Shown piece after piece: positions 52,000-64,000 of a stretch of DNA of 64,000 nucleotides. The stretch's first letter is position 1. Each line of letters opens with the position of its first letter. The notes below the pieces were generated by a model. That model saw nothing but the letters and a program-made list of their open reading frames with translations. It did no database searches and was not told the DNA's origin. The stretch comes from Camelus ferus (lineage: Eukaryota): NCBI RefSeq assembly GCF_009834535.1, contig NC_045696.1, forward strand, positions 77,440,001-77,504,000, given 5' to 3'. Both the position numbers and the translations under genes were made by a program.

Positions 52000-53662
52000 C
52001 ACTTTTTATTTTAGAATGGGCTTAGATTTATTTAAAAAATGGTAAATATAGGACTATGTTCTCATATGTCTCACACCAAATTATCTTATTATTAACATTT
52101 TATTTTAGTATATGTCTTAGGGTTCTCCAGAGAGATAGACCAATAGGGTACATACCTGTGTATAACATAGATAAATTCTATATATAAAAATATATATGTA
52201 TGACATGCCTTTCCTATGTATTTATTATAAAGTTTTGGCTCATGGGTTTCCAGAGGCTGGGAAGTCCCCTGATCTGCCATCTGCAAGCTGAACACCCCCG
52301 AGAGCTAGTGGTGCAGATTCCAGTCCTAGTGCAGGAAAAGAGCCAGTTCCCATTTTAAAGTCAGGCAGAGAGAGAGCAAATTCTCCCTTATCCTGCCTTT
52401 TGTTTTATTCAGGCCTCCAATGGGTTGGATGGGCCCGCTGGCATTGGGGAGGACCATCTGCTTTCCTCAGTCTACTGATTTGTATGTGAATCTCATCCAG
52501 AAACAGCCTCCCAGACCCACACAGAATCATGTTTAAACAAATATCTGGGCACTTTGAGTTCCAGTCAAATTGCCACATAGAATTAACCATCACAGAACGG
52601 CACATTTCTCACTCTTAAGGAGCCCATACTGATACATTATTATTAACTAAAATCCATCCTTTACTCAGATTTCATTAGATTTTACCTCATGTTCTTTTTC
52701 AGTTCCAAAGGCCTATGCAGGGGACCACACTACATTTAGTTATCACGTCTCCTTAGGGTCCTCTTGGCTTTGACAGTTTCTCTGACTTCCCTTATTTTAG
52801 ATGAGCCTGACAATTTTAAGGAGTACTGGTCGGGAATTTTGTTTTATGCCCTACTCTTTGATGTTTTCCTCACGATTAACCTGGGATTATGGGTTGTTGG
52901 GAGGAGGATCACAGAGGTGAAGTGTCGTTTTCATTACATCGTATGAAAGCTACATAACATCAGAATGACTTATCACTGTTGATATTAACCTTGAGCACCT
53001 GGCTGAGATACTGTTTTTTTCAGGTTTCCTTTTGAAGAAAGTATGCAAGCTAACACTTAATTAGTGAGGTGTTATGTTCTACTTCCTTGAGGTCAGAGTA
53101 GCTACATACATTATTTGGAATTCTTCTACATAAGAGATTTGTCTAATCTCACCATTTATTTATTTCTTCAGCCATGCTTTTATGTCATTTATGGACTTAG
53201 GCTGTTTACTTCATACTTTAGGTTAAAATCTGATCCTCGTTTATTTCATTGCTCAAATGTTCTAGTTCTGGGGATTTGGAGTTCTTTAAGTTGGCTCCTT
53301 TAATTCTTTACCTGGAGGTAAAGCCTATAAAAGAATGGACCTCCCCTATAAATGCTGATCCTAGGAGTTTCTCATTCTCACACTAGTCCCCACTCAGCCG
53401 CTTGCAGTTCATCCAAAGAGTCATTTAAGTGTTCCTCCCAGTTTATTGATTCAGTGACTTCCGCTCTAGGTAAGCAGCTCTGGTCTCTGACTCACCTGAT
53501 GATTCTGCTTCTGGATTTCAGTGTACTAGTTTGCCCTGCAACTCCAGTTCTATGATGAATCCAAGAAAAGTAATTGCTTTTCAGTTTGTTTTACTTTCTC
53601 TTACTGCGAGGACAGGAGCGTGGCCTCTGAGCTCTTTCTAGGTCAAAGCTGAACCAGGAAGT
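52000..53662 (-). mobile_element. L1MC-type 3'UTR (52000-53300) directly followed by an L1M 5' end (53310-53662)
   Basis: 'atactgatacattattattaactaaaatcca' and 'ccacactacatttagttatcacgtctcc'; 5'-type 'tttgccctgcaactccagttctatgatgaatccaagaaaag'. Confidence 0.75.
52111..52594 (-). mobile_element. MLT2 (C/D-like) ERVL LTR nested in the L1MC
   Basis: 'ttagggttctccagagagatagaccaatagg' and 'tctgccatctgcaagctg'; ends 'aattaaccatcaca'. Confidence 0.9.
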
Positions 53663-53679
53663 ATTTAACCACCTTTACC

Positions 53680-53835
53680 TACTATTATTACCCCATTTTC
53701 ACAGTTGCTGAAATTGAAGGCCAGAGAGCTCACCTAACTTGCCCAAAGTTCTACTCTGGGAATTGCTGAGTCATGGACTGAACTCAGATAGTCAGATTCT
53801 GGTAGTCATGCTCTTAACCACTACGGTGTACCCTC
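53680..53835 (-). mobile_element. MIR SINE
   Basis: 'attaccccattttcacagttgctgaaattgaagg', 'aacttgcccaaag', 'gctcttaaccactac'. Confidence 0.8.
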
Positions 53836-53879
53836 TCCATATCACATAAAACTACTAAAGATGTGAATAAATTATGTTG

Positions 53880-54300
53880 AGGCCACAAAAGGGAGTGATT
53901 AAGAACTAACTCTATAAAGAAAGCCTCATGAAAGAGGTGACAAGTGAGCTTCTGCAGAGAATGAGGAGTTTGCCAGGCAAGGAAGGGTGGGGACTTCTAG
54001 GTAAAGGAACAACAGGTGTAAAGACATTAAGAATGTCATTGGTTCAGATTCTGTCATTGAGAGAAGAGGATATAGGTTTAGGACACTGAAAAATCTGGAG
54101 CTGGGCCTGGTGCCTTGTGCAAGGCTGTCCTAAGAACTATGCGTGGAATTTATAGCTGACAAAGAATGAACAGAATCTTTAAAGTGAAGAAGGATGCATT
54201 AGAAAGATGGCCCATAGTAGGTGAGCAAGAGATAGCAAGAACTTATTTAAGAGACTTTAACTGAGGCAAGAATAAAACATGAGGGATATATACCTGAGAA
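53880..54300 (-). mobile_element. L2 fragment
   Basis: 'gcctcatgaaagaggtgacaagtgagct' and 'gaatgaggagtttgccaggcaag'. Confidence 0.65.
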
Positions 54301-57300
54301 TTTATAGTAGTGTTCGATTTCCTGTGGATAAAATGAAAATAGCAAAACACAGTCCCTCAAGAGGCTTGTTCAAATCTCTCCAAGCTCTCTCTGTTGCTAA
54401 TTAAAGTTCTCGTCAGTCTGCAGCACCCAGGGGAGATGGCCTTCATCAGAAGTTTTCTCTATGCTTTGACTATTGACATCACAAAGATTTGAACTCACAA
54501 TAAAGCTCCTGTTTATTACTTATATTATCATCATCATCATTATTATTTTTATAATAGCATGTCCTGTTACTAAAACTGTACTTTAATTAAAAAATAACAA
54601 GAGCCATAATCTCAAAATATCCCCATAGGAAATGATTGAACATAGTTATGATTTCAGGAAAAGCAATTTAAACAGACAATAGGCAATGCACTTTTAAGGG
54701 CATTTTCTTTCACCCAAGCACACCTGTTTTGAATATGACTTAGGATAATCACCAGAATACATGTAAGGTGGACTTTATTCTTACCTTTTTCTCTTTATTC
54801 TGTGAGATTTGGCACTGTTTGTACACTCCTCAGCAATGTTATTCCAGATTACGTTTTTGGAGAACAATTTATAGCAAATGGAACTTTACGTTCACTTCTT
54901 TATTTGCTGACTACTATATTGACACTCATTTTTCTCCATGATGTTCATATTCATCACCGCTAGCATAGGAGAGTTTACATTTTGATGCTGACTCTAAATA
55001 AAAATTGAAACTCAAAGGAAGGACGATGACAACAGTTACCTCCGGGTCTTGTACTTTTTTTTTTCCTGCCACCCACCCTTTAACAGGAAGCCTAATACTT
55101 AGGAAAAAAATTAAAGCTAAAAGGAAGCCTAATAATTAAATAGGAAATATTGGTGCTCCTACCTTATATTCAAAATCGAGGTGAGGGTTAGGATGGTAGC
55201 TAACTCATTTACTGTCAGTGGTCACCAATTTGAATTAGAAAGTAATTCCGTATAATAATTTCAAACATTTTATTACATGATTCTTCAGAATTATAACAAG
55301 AGGAGTTGGGAGAAAGAATTAGACTGGGCAGGAAAGAGACTGTCAGCTCATTATTCTCTAAGATTAGAATGTCTGAGTGAGGGACTCTGACCCCAAGTTT
55401 TCAGAGACAATGAAACAGAGGATGAAAAACCAAAACTGGGTTAGAAGCCCAACTCAGTAACCCACAAAAGGGAGCCAAAGTGAATAACCCAACCAAAATA
55501 GACTAAAAAGGGTGGGAAGAAGTAGATACAAAGAATAGGAACACAGGAATGATAAATCTGGGGGATGAAAGAAAAAAGTTTTCTGTTCAATGATAACCTT
55601 TAACAAACTGGGCATCAAATTCAAATATGAAAAGTTAAGAACACTTGCTCCGTTCTCTGTCTGTCTCTGACTCTGTCCCTGCCCTAGTGTTGGTTTATGT
55701 CAGAAAATGCTCATCTGCAGAAAAGGGACACCATATGGCCCAGCCAAAGCTCAGAGGAAAGCAGGATTTTCGGCTCCATTGGACTAGCAAGACTAGATAC
55801 ATAATCATCATTAAACAGATAATAATAATAGTTCCACTAGCAATGTAAAATTTAATTTGTTTGTTTTTGTAATTAGCAAGTTAATTTTACTGAAATAACA
55901 ACCCAAAAAAAGTCATGAAGCAGAAAAAAAATCTCAAGTGACTATGGACAATGTTAGTGATGTCTGAATAGTTTTAAACAATAGTTTTAAAGTGGTCTCA
56001 AAGTGTTATATTATTTAGTGTGAACTAACTTTGCTTGACTGTTGAACAGTAAAGTTTCTTCAACAACTACATATAAAATCTATAATGTAATGTATAATAT
56101 ATTCACTGAATAAAAAAGATTTAGTATGTCAAATATTAAATGGATTAGTAAAGTTGATTCCAGGAATTCAATGAAATTCAGGGAAAGCATCCAAATTAAG
56201 AAAGGAAATGGATAAAGGAAAAGTTGTAAAAAATTTAAAGAGATGTGAACATAATGGGTCAGGAAGCCTTTATCTTCTCAGAGGATTTTGTAAGAATAAA
56301 CCTATTAGAAGAATAAATTTACTGCAAATCTTACCCTACAGTTTCTGTAGTTATAATGAAACTCATTTAAATGAATATTTGATAAATGCATAAATGAATA
56401 AAGATGAAATGAATAAATGAATGAAAAGGGAACATAAATACTAAATGGTAGAAATTAAATGAATAATTCTCTTGAATAAATCAGCTTCACTCAAGTTTGC
56501 CAGCATTCTACATAGAATAATACCATCTAAGATCGTCATTTTGAATGGATCATGGTAACATTTATCTACACAAGAAGTATATAAATTTATGGCTGTAATC
56601 AATATACTCTAAATACACTTCATTAAGTATTCTGTCCTTTAAGTGCATTAACATATTATATTTAAATGATGTTTTTTTCACTGAGTTAGATTATTCAGTA
56701 TTTCTCAGTAATTCTTTTACATTGAGACTACTTATGTTACTGGGAATAAGAGAGATCCTTCTCCATGTGTTTTCTTCTCAGAACATTAAACATATTAGCC
56801 TAATTACTCTCCTCTTACTATCATTCTTACTCTTCTAGAACATTTCCAGTTGTCCTTTCTATGGCTATTTTTGGATTAGGTCAACACAAACCATATTGAA
56901 TCCCAGTCAGGCTAGACTTAGAATTTTGGACAAGGATAAGTTTTTGTTTGTCTTCTGAGTAGCCAAGAATATATGAATATATATATACTTTAATTCCTAA
57001 ACTAATCTTTTAGAAGGGAAGTTACATGTAAAAAGCACCCATTTTTCAACCATGAAAATAGTTTTGGAAAATAAGTTGTATAAATATTTTATAAACAGTT
57101 AGGATTTCATACATTTTAGTTTCTGGAGAAAAATCATCTCTTGAAGAACAAAGTTCTTAGATCCTGCTTAAATGGATAAGCCTCACGTGTGATTAGAAGA
57201 GTGATGGTATTGCATTAAGTCAGTATTTTTAATATCCATGAAAAATTTGAACAATTAAAAAGGTAAACTTTTTTTTTTTAACTTTCCATCTTAACACAAT

Positions 57301-57699
57301 TTGCTTAAAGTGCCTATTCACTTTAAATAGTGCAAAGGTAAACTTTAGCCTGATTCACTCTGAATCATTGCCAAATCCAAATTAGTGGGCTCTAAACTCT
57401 TAAAATTTTTAAATTTTAGTTTTAAAAAACTGAAGATTTACAAAGTTCTAATTATTAATCCAGTAAGCTGGAAGGTATGTACTTTTTGAAAATGTACCAA
57501 GTTAGCTAGTGGGAAGCTGTAGATCTATGCCAGATCACTATAATTTTCAAACATATTTTATAGATTTTACCTAAAAGTTCTAAGTGTAGAATTATCTATA
57601 TATTTTAAAAATATTTTCTTCATTTGCTTTTAAAATTATATTAATTTATTCTACTGTTGTAATTAATATACAAAGGAATATGTAACATTTATAATTTCT

Positions 57700-59300
57700 T
57701 TAAACACCCCCAACTCAATCACTGGAGAATTTCAAATATTCACGCATTCTCTTCAGTGTTGCTTTCCATCCCTTTGCCCTGCCTCTTCCATGTTAATTCT
57801 ACTGTTGTAATTTTTTAAATAGCCTTATCATATGTTTATATCCCTAAAAGTAAGTTATTTTTCTTGCTTTTTAGTTCCATAAAAGTAATACACTATATGT
57901 AATTTTCTGATACCTATTTTCATTCAAACTTTTTGAACACAACACTATTTAGCTATAGTATATTAATTTTTATTTTTATATTCTATTTTCTAAACACACC
58001 ATACTTTTATTTATTCTTCTGAGAAAACATATTTTGGTGGTTTTCCTAATTCTTCTTTCATTTAACAAATATTTATTGAACACCTACTAGCTGCTAAGTA
58101 CTCTTTGAATAGAAAACACACACACAGTTTCCAAGTCCTCATGGAATTTATATTCTAATGAAGGTGAACATTCTTATATGTCACATATTGAACCATTTTT
58201 CATATGGTATCAAGATATTCTAATTTATAAGATAAATTTTAATATTTTATTAATATGAAAAATATTTTACATGTGGTTTAAACCAATTTTATTTCAATCA
58301 GTAGTACATAAGAATTGATCAAATCCTCTCCAAATGTTGTTATTGCCAGACTATAAATAATCTCACCTATTGGGTGAAAATTAATATATCATCTCATTTT
58401 TATTTTTATTTTTATTTTTGTGATTATGGGTGAGGTTGAACATGTTTTTTATGCTTACCATTCATATTTCTTCTTGGCAAAATATGTGTTCATGTCTTAA
58501 CCCTCTTTTCCTTTTGTCTTCATGTTGATTTGGAAGAGTCCCTTATGTATTCTGGGTAATAATTTTTATTGAATATATTCCAATTTTTAAAATGAAGTCT
58601 TTTAGTAAACAAAGTTCTTACTTTTTAAATAGAAAATTTGTGAAAATTTTAGGATACATTGCTTTATAAGTTGTTCAGGAATTCCTTTCCAATTTCAAAG
58701 TTATAAAGATATTCTTTCATTTATTTATTTTAAGTATTTCAAAGTTTTATCTTGATATCCTTATTCCATCTAGAATAGATTTTTGTATATGGAGTAAAGT
58801 AAGCACTAAATTTTCTTTATCTTCTCCATGTGGACAATTAATTATTTCAGCATCATTTAACAAAACAGCTAATGCTGCCCCCAGGAATTTGAAAACCATC
58901 CTTTTCAAATATCAGGACTCTAATAAATTACATTGGTCTATTTTTCTATCATTTTCTTACTCTAATGAATATAAATATTGATATTATTGATACTTGATAG
59001 GGAAAGCCATCTCTTGCTCTTTTTCAAGCATATCTTGGCTATTCTTAGCCCTTTACTTTGCGATATATATTTTAGAAAAATATTTCAGGGAATTTTATTT
59101 GAATTACATTGAGTCTATTAAGTATATTTTGGGGTACTTGATCATCACTATGATCTATCAGCTTCTTTCTGTACTTTAATATTAGTTTTTCTTTATGTAT
59201 TTTAAACTAATTTATGAGATACATCTCATTTGAAATTGTCATATCTTGAATTATTTTCAAAATGTAATGAGGCTTTTTAGCACTAATAATGCTTTGATCT
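57700..59300 (-). mobile_element. Very old L1ME-type fragment with a short L2 end at about 58055-58165
   Basis: 'gtgaggttgaacatgtttttt' and 'tccatctagaatagatttttgtatatggagtaa'; L2 'tttaacaaatatttattgaacacctact'. Confidence 0.7.
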
Positions 59301-59431
59301 TTAATTAATTTAATGTACTTAGTGTATAGTAAATACTAGGAACTTGAGATGCAAAACAAGATAATGGGGTGTCACATATTTGGTCCATTTCAAGCATTCC
59401 TTTATGGCTGATTCCTTTGTTGGCTAGGTGG

Positions 59432-59961
59432 TGAAGGAGTCCTGAACACGTCACCCCAAAATATGCTCTTGCAGATTGACTATTCTGAGTTAAAGACATT
59501 TGAGAAACAGCAAATGTAAGAGAAACACTGACCTTCCTTCTTTTCCTTAAAAGGAAGAGACAAAGTACCATTGTGGAAGATGTACTCCCTATACTAAAAA
59601 TGTAACAGTCTTATCAAGAATGAGTAGTTGAATCTCAGAGAATTCTATAAAACAGACTTTGTTAAAGTAATTCTTTTCTTATTATTTTCCTCTAGTCTCC
59701 CCATATGATTTACTTATTTTTCTGTAATCGCTTTTGTTCAATTGAACGTAATATAAAACACATCTAGGTTTTGCCATTTCTTTGGGTCTTCATTCCTTAT
59801 GAAAGCTCCCGTGTCACATAAAACTTATATTAAATAAATTTGTCTGTCTTTCTTCTGTTGATATCTTATGTCAGTTTAATTATCAGGCTCCATCAAAAGG
59901 CAAAACGAAAGAAAACAAAAAAACTTTAAGAGAGTAAGGGTAAGATATTGTCTCCCCTGCA
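59432..59961 (+). mobile_element. MER34-like ERV1 solo LTR
   Basis: TG...CA termini; 'caccccaaaatatgc' and 'gctcccgtgtcacataaaacttatattaaataaatttg'; related to 32880-33391. Confidence 0.8.
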
Positions 59962-60249
59962 GGAGTAAGAGATATTGGCAGGAATCAAAATCATAAGGGA
60001 CCCTAAGAGCCTTGTTAAGAAGACCAAACTTGTCTGAAAACTGTGTCTTTCTGGCTTGGCTGTGGCTGCATGAAGTGTTACTGCAGATGTGATCAGGGCT
60101 CATATTGCTGAGTCTCCTCTGTTTACCCAGGAAAAATCCGTCTCTCTCTCTCTTTAGAATATATATATACACACAACATTATTCAGTGACAATTCTGCAT
60201 CTGTACTGTTTCTACTTTTGTAATAGGATTTTTTGTTTTTTAAACAAAA

Positions 60250-60696
60250 CCTGATTTTCTCTGAGATCCACAGTCTTCAATGGAGCCCATACATTGGTCC
60301 CACTGTTGTCTCCAGGGTTAGTTCTGATAGGCTTAAAATTGTCTCTCTTGACAGTGATTGGTTCAGAAATGGGATCGTGATTCAATTCAGGTCAGTGCAA
60401 CTCAAGGAGAGGTTTCCTGAAGCTTCCAGAAAGGCCTTTTCTGTTCTGGAAGGTATAGGGTGGTAGAGAACTTCATTCTTCTTCTGGATATTGTTTTAAC
60501 CAAATCTGAGATGTAGAATTACTGTCACTGTCATAACTGCCTCAGGAGGAGAGGGCATGAAGCGGGGCAGAGTGAAGAGAATCAGACAGAAATGGAACAG
60601 GAATCCTTGGGTTTAAGCCAATCTCACCCCTAGAATTTTACTTGTGGCTGCCTAGGAATTACTAATTTTTAAAGGTCTACTTCAGCTGTATTTCTG
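60250..60696 (+). mobile_element. Old MaLR LTR (MLT1K/L-like)
   Basis: 'cagtgattggttcagaaatgggatcgtgattcaattcaggtcagtg'. Confidence 0.55.
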
Positions 60697-60825
60697 TAGG
60701 ATGACAATTCTTCACCATTTGTCCTTAATCATGTTGGTTGGTGCCTCTTGTCCCAGTGAGGTTACAGCTGTGCCCCTTTCATGCTCAAAATTGTCCTGGT
60801 TTGGATGATGAACTTATCTAGCCAC
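60697..60825. mobile_element. MER94-like hAT-Blackjack element
   Basis: Starts 'taggatgaca'; 'cccctttcatgctcaaaattgtcctggtttggatgatgaactta'. Confidence 0.65.
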
Positions 60826-61332
60826 CAGGGCCTGCTTCATGGGTGTTCAACCAGTGCAGCAGCTCAGCGCCTTGTACTCAGAGGGTATCTCTCTTGGGAC
60901 TTAATGCTCTGACATTGCTTCTTAAAATTCTTTTATCTTTGAATTTGTGGTTTTTAAGTGAAGCCCAGTGATACAATGGAATGTAACTCAGGGACTTGGA
61001 ACTCATATGCTTTTTCACCTCTCAGCACCCTCCTGGGGTGGGTTTTAGGCCACCTGCTTTTTGCTCCTGCCCAGCAGCCATGACCAGGATTGGGCACAGA
61101 GACCAGGATGGTTGAAGTCAGGCTCAGCAAGTTTTAGGGCAGGGCCCCAAGCACTTGTAAATGTTCACACTCCTGTGAGAGTCTCTGTGCCCAGGGAAGT
61201 GTGGTAATTTTAAAATACCATGACAGTAAATAGAGAAACCCTGTACAAAGGGGAAGCCTTTTCCCCTTTTTTCAACAATAAGCAAGACATTTTCATTTTG
61301 CCGTGGGCCCTAGAAATTATATAGCTGGCCTG
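60826..61332. mobile_element. MER45-like hAT-Tip100 element
   Basis: Termini 'cagggcctgcttcatggg' and 'ttttcattttgccgtgggccctagaaattatatagctggcctg'. Confidence 0.8.
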
Positions 61333-61561
61333 CCAGTCATTCTAACATGACCTAAAGTTGTCCTATGTGACACAGCAGATTCTGTGTCCACTAATCTCGT
61401 AATAACCAAGTAAGGACCGGGTATAGACAGCAGGGCCTTCATCATGCTCAACCACGAGGTCACCATTCACACAATACTTTGTATAAATGGCACTCAGATG
61501 GTACCCCCTGGAGTTATATAACACACTGTACTAAGGTCCATTTACAGAAAGAGATCCTTAC

Positions 61562-63479
61562 CAAGAAAAACCAGTTAAGAATAGTAATTTCGAATCTGAA
61601 AGAATTTCTTTGCTTTTATATATGTTCTTTTCAAGATTCCTTTAAAAAGTGAGTTGTACACTTAGTTTTATTTAATTAAGAAATTTCTTTTTGGCAATTA
61701 AGTTTTAAGTTGTATATGGAATTTATCTTGTATTCTTTGCAGCTTGAAATTATTATGATTTATTGAAACATGTATTACTAATACTATAGTACATTTAAAA
61801 TTTTTCTCTGTGAGTATAGGAGGTAAATCCTTGACAAGTGACTTTCCACTAAGCATTTAACAACTGAGGAATTCACTGCCACTAGAAGTAGGTTTTTGTC
61901 TCTTTATTTTTATCTATTAAGTATATGCTTAGTATGTATTTTGTTTTCACTGGATCATCCATTGATTTCTAATATTTTATATTTGAGGATATTTAAAATT
62001 TGGCATTTTTACATATATATGAACTACATTTACTCATTCTAATAATTTTTAAGATTTTTATAATCAGGTTAAGGAGAAAAGTTTATTAAATTCTCTAAGA
62101 ATCTACATATCTTCCCCAAATTCAAGAAGAACAAATAACAACCCTCCCAAGCCCTCTGTTTCTTTATAGAAAAAACAGTTTTTTGAAGTTAATACAGTAT
62201 AGGTTTGTAGTTTTAAGTAGGTGAGTCAAAAAACTGTAGCATCTTTGATTTTTAAAAAAGGAAAAGATAGGTAGACCTCAGGAGAGTCATCCTTAATACT
62301 TGCTGACTGCTCTGCTATGAATCAACTTGGAACAGGAAAGTGTTAGCAGTGTTTGAAATACATAAAGTGCTCTCCACATGATATATGTTAATTGAGTTAG
62401 AGTCTCACCTCACATAACTTAATTGAAGAATGATAAAGGTCATTAAATTTCAGGATGGCTATATGGATAACAGATAAAATGGTAGAAAGACAGGGCAACA
62501 AGAAAATGTGACCCAGTGGCACGCCTGACACAAGGAAAGCAGAACATATTCTGTTTGAAGGTTTTACCAAGAACTGTACAAGTAATCAAGGAAAGTAGGC
62601 AAGTAGTTCCCCTTCCCAATCTTGAAGCCTCCTCTGCATTTCTCGTGTTTGACAAGCATCAACTATGCCCTCTTTTCTGCAGAAAATTAAATCAATCAAC
62701 TTTTCCATAAATAAAATAAATCCTCTTTAACAGTGTATCTAGAAGAGAAAGTAGAGATTCTTTTTGAAATATTAAACATCTGGATTAAATTTAAATTTAA
62801 AACATGGGTATTTAAAGAAAGGTACATCCCTTGTAGAACAAAACAACCTAGTTACTGAAGTTTACTCACAGCTTATGTTTGGTTTGTTTCTCCACTGTTT
62901 GGAATAATGTGGATAGAAACGTGTCTGTAATCAGAAAAGCACATGGTTAACATATTTTGTAAGTGCTAAAGACTTTTTTGAGCTCTTATTCTTGGTTATG
63001 AGAATTCAGCATCTATGTGTGCATTTTATAAATCTCAGTAAGTTAAAAGGCTTCTGGGCTGAACTCATATATAGTCCATCTAAACATATCTGTCTCTCTA
63101 GGCACCTTTGTACTCAGGTATTTTATATAAAAGGAAATCACAGCAAATTAAAGACCCCAATTCTCTGATCCAAAAATTATAAATAGATAGAAAGAGATAG
63201 AGAGGAAGGAAGGAAGGAAGGATGGATCCTAATCACGGCTACCTCCTAAAGCTTTGGAGATGTAGACATAAAACAAATTTAGGAAAATTTTCCATTAAGT
63301 ACTTTCAAAATACACCATTATGGCATATTCACTCCTTTTTTCATTACTAATTTTTACAATTATTATTGTTGAAAGAGCCCTTTGCAGAAGTTTGGAAGCT
63401 TCATTTGGGAAGGGATCAGAGCTGTCTTGTTCAGCTCTGTAATCTGGAGCCCAACCAATTCGTGAATGGATGAATCCAT
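61562..63479 (-). pseudogene. Candidate decayed exons 63358-63479, 62870-62924, 62568-62676, 62300-62325 and 61562-61595
   Basis: All are AG/GT bounded; the last four join in phase to about 74 codons with a single TGA; translation loosely resembles a DH-PH junction. Confidence 0.3.
63203..63221. repeat. (GGAA)n short repeat
   Basis: Read directly. Confidence 0.85.
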
Positions 63480-64000
63480 CTTTATTGAAAATACAGATTT
63501 ATTTGTAAATACCAGAATGATAGTAACAAGACTTGCTTGACAGTTTAAATTTAAATGCAATAACAGGAGTAAAGAGCAGCTAGGGATATTTTATTCATTT
63601 AAATTATGAAAAACTGATGAATGCTGATGTCTCAGTTTGATACTAATTTGATATTAATCCAGCAAGAATATGAGCATTGTTAGTTTTGACTTCTTCAGTA
63701 TTTTGTCATTTTAATTTAGCAGAAGTTTCCTAATCTGTAATAAGTTCTACTCTGAAAGTATGACTGAGTACAGTTTTTGATATTTGTAGAATAAAGGGAG
63801 ACTTCCATCATGCCAGTGTAACAACAATAACTTTTAAAACAACTGTAGTTTTAATCTGGTTACCAAACACCAATTTACATTTTTTCACCAAGCAACTCAT
63901 TCTTTGAGAAAACTTTTAAACAAGATAAAAATTTCAGATTATTAATGTAGAACATAAAGGACATAAAGGGATGTAGCCCTCTTTCTGTTCAGGAGGTTTC

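Noticed and set aside
32880..59961. Two MER34-like LTRs as the ends of one provirus
   Set aside because: They are 26 kb apart, clearly diverged from each other, and have no gag/pol sequence between them.

Overview
This is AT-rich eutherian genomic DNA, and roughly half of it is recognisable transposable-element sequence: old L1M copies, L2, L3/CR1, MIR, MaLR/ERVL/ERV1 LTRs, and hAT and Tigger DNA transposons. Several younger L1 3' ends resemble camelid (Camelus/Vicugna)-type L1 3'UTRs; this is recognition from memory, and no Alu, Bov-tA or PRE SINEs were seen. I found no intact protein-coding gene, RNA gene or CRISPR array. The only ORF-track entries with a recognisable product are L1 ORF2 remnants. 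The most interesting unexplained signal is a set of minus-strand AG...GT-bounded segments in repeat-free DNA (61.6-63.5 kb, 45.8-49.1 kb, 15.8-18.0 kb). They join in phase into nearly open, protein-like frames, one of them reminiscent of a RhoGEF DH-PH junction. This could be a decayed unitary pseudogene, but chance pseudo-exons cannot be excluded without a homology search. Other notable items are a CpG-retaining LTR with YY1/CCAAT/CRE/TATA motifs, two 5'-inverted L1 insertions, an orphan internal L1 ORF2 fragment and a nested hAT insertion. Repeat subfamily names come from recognition rather than a database search, and boundaries are approximate.
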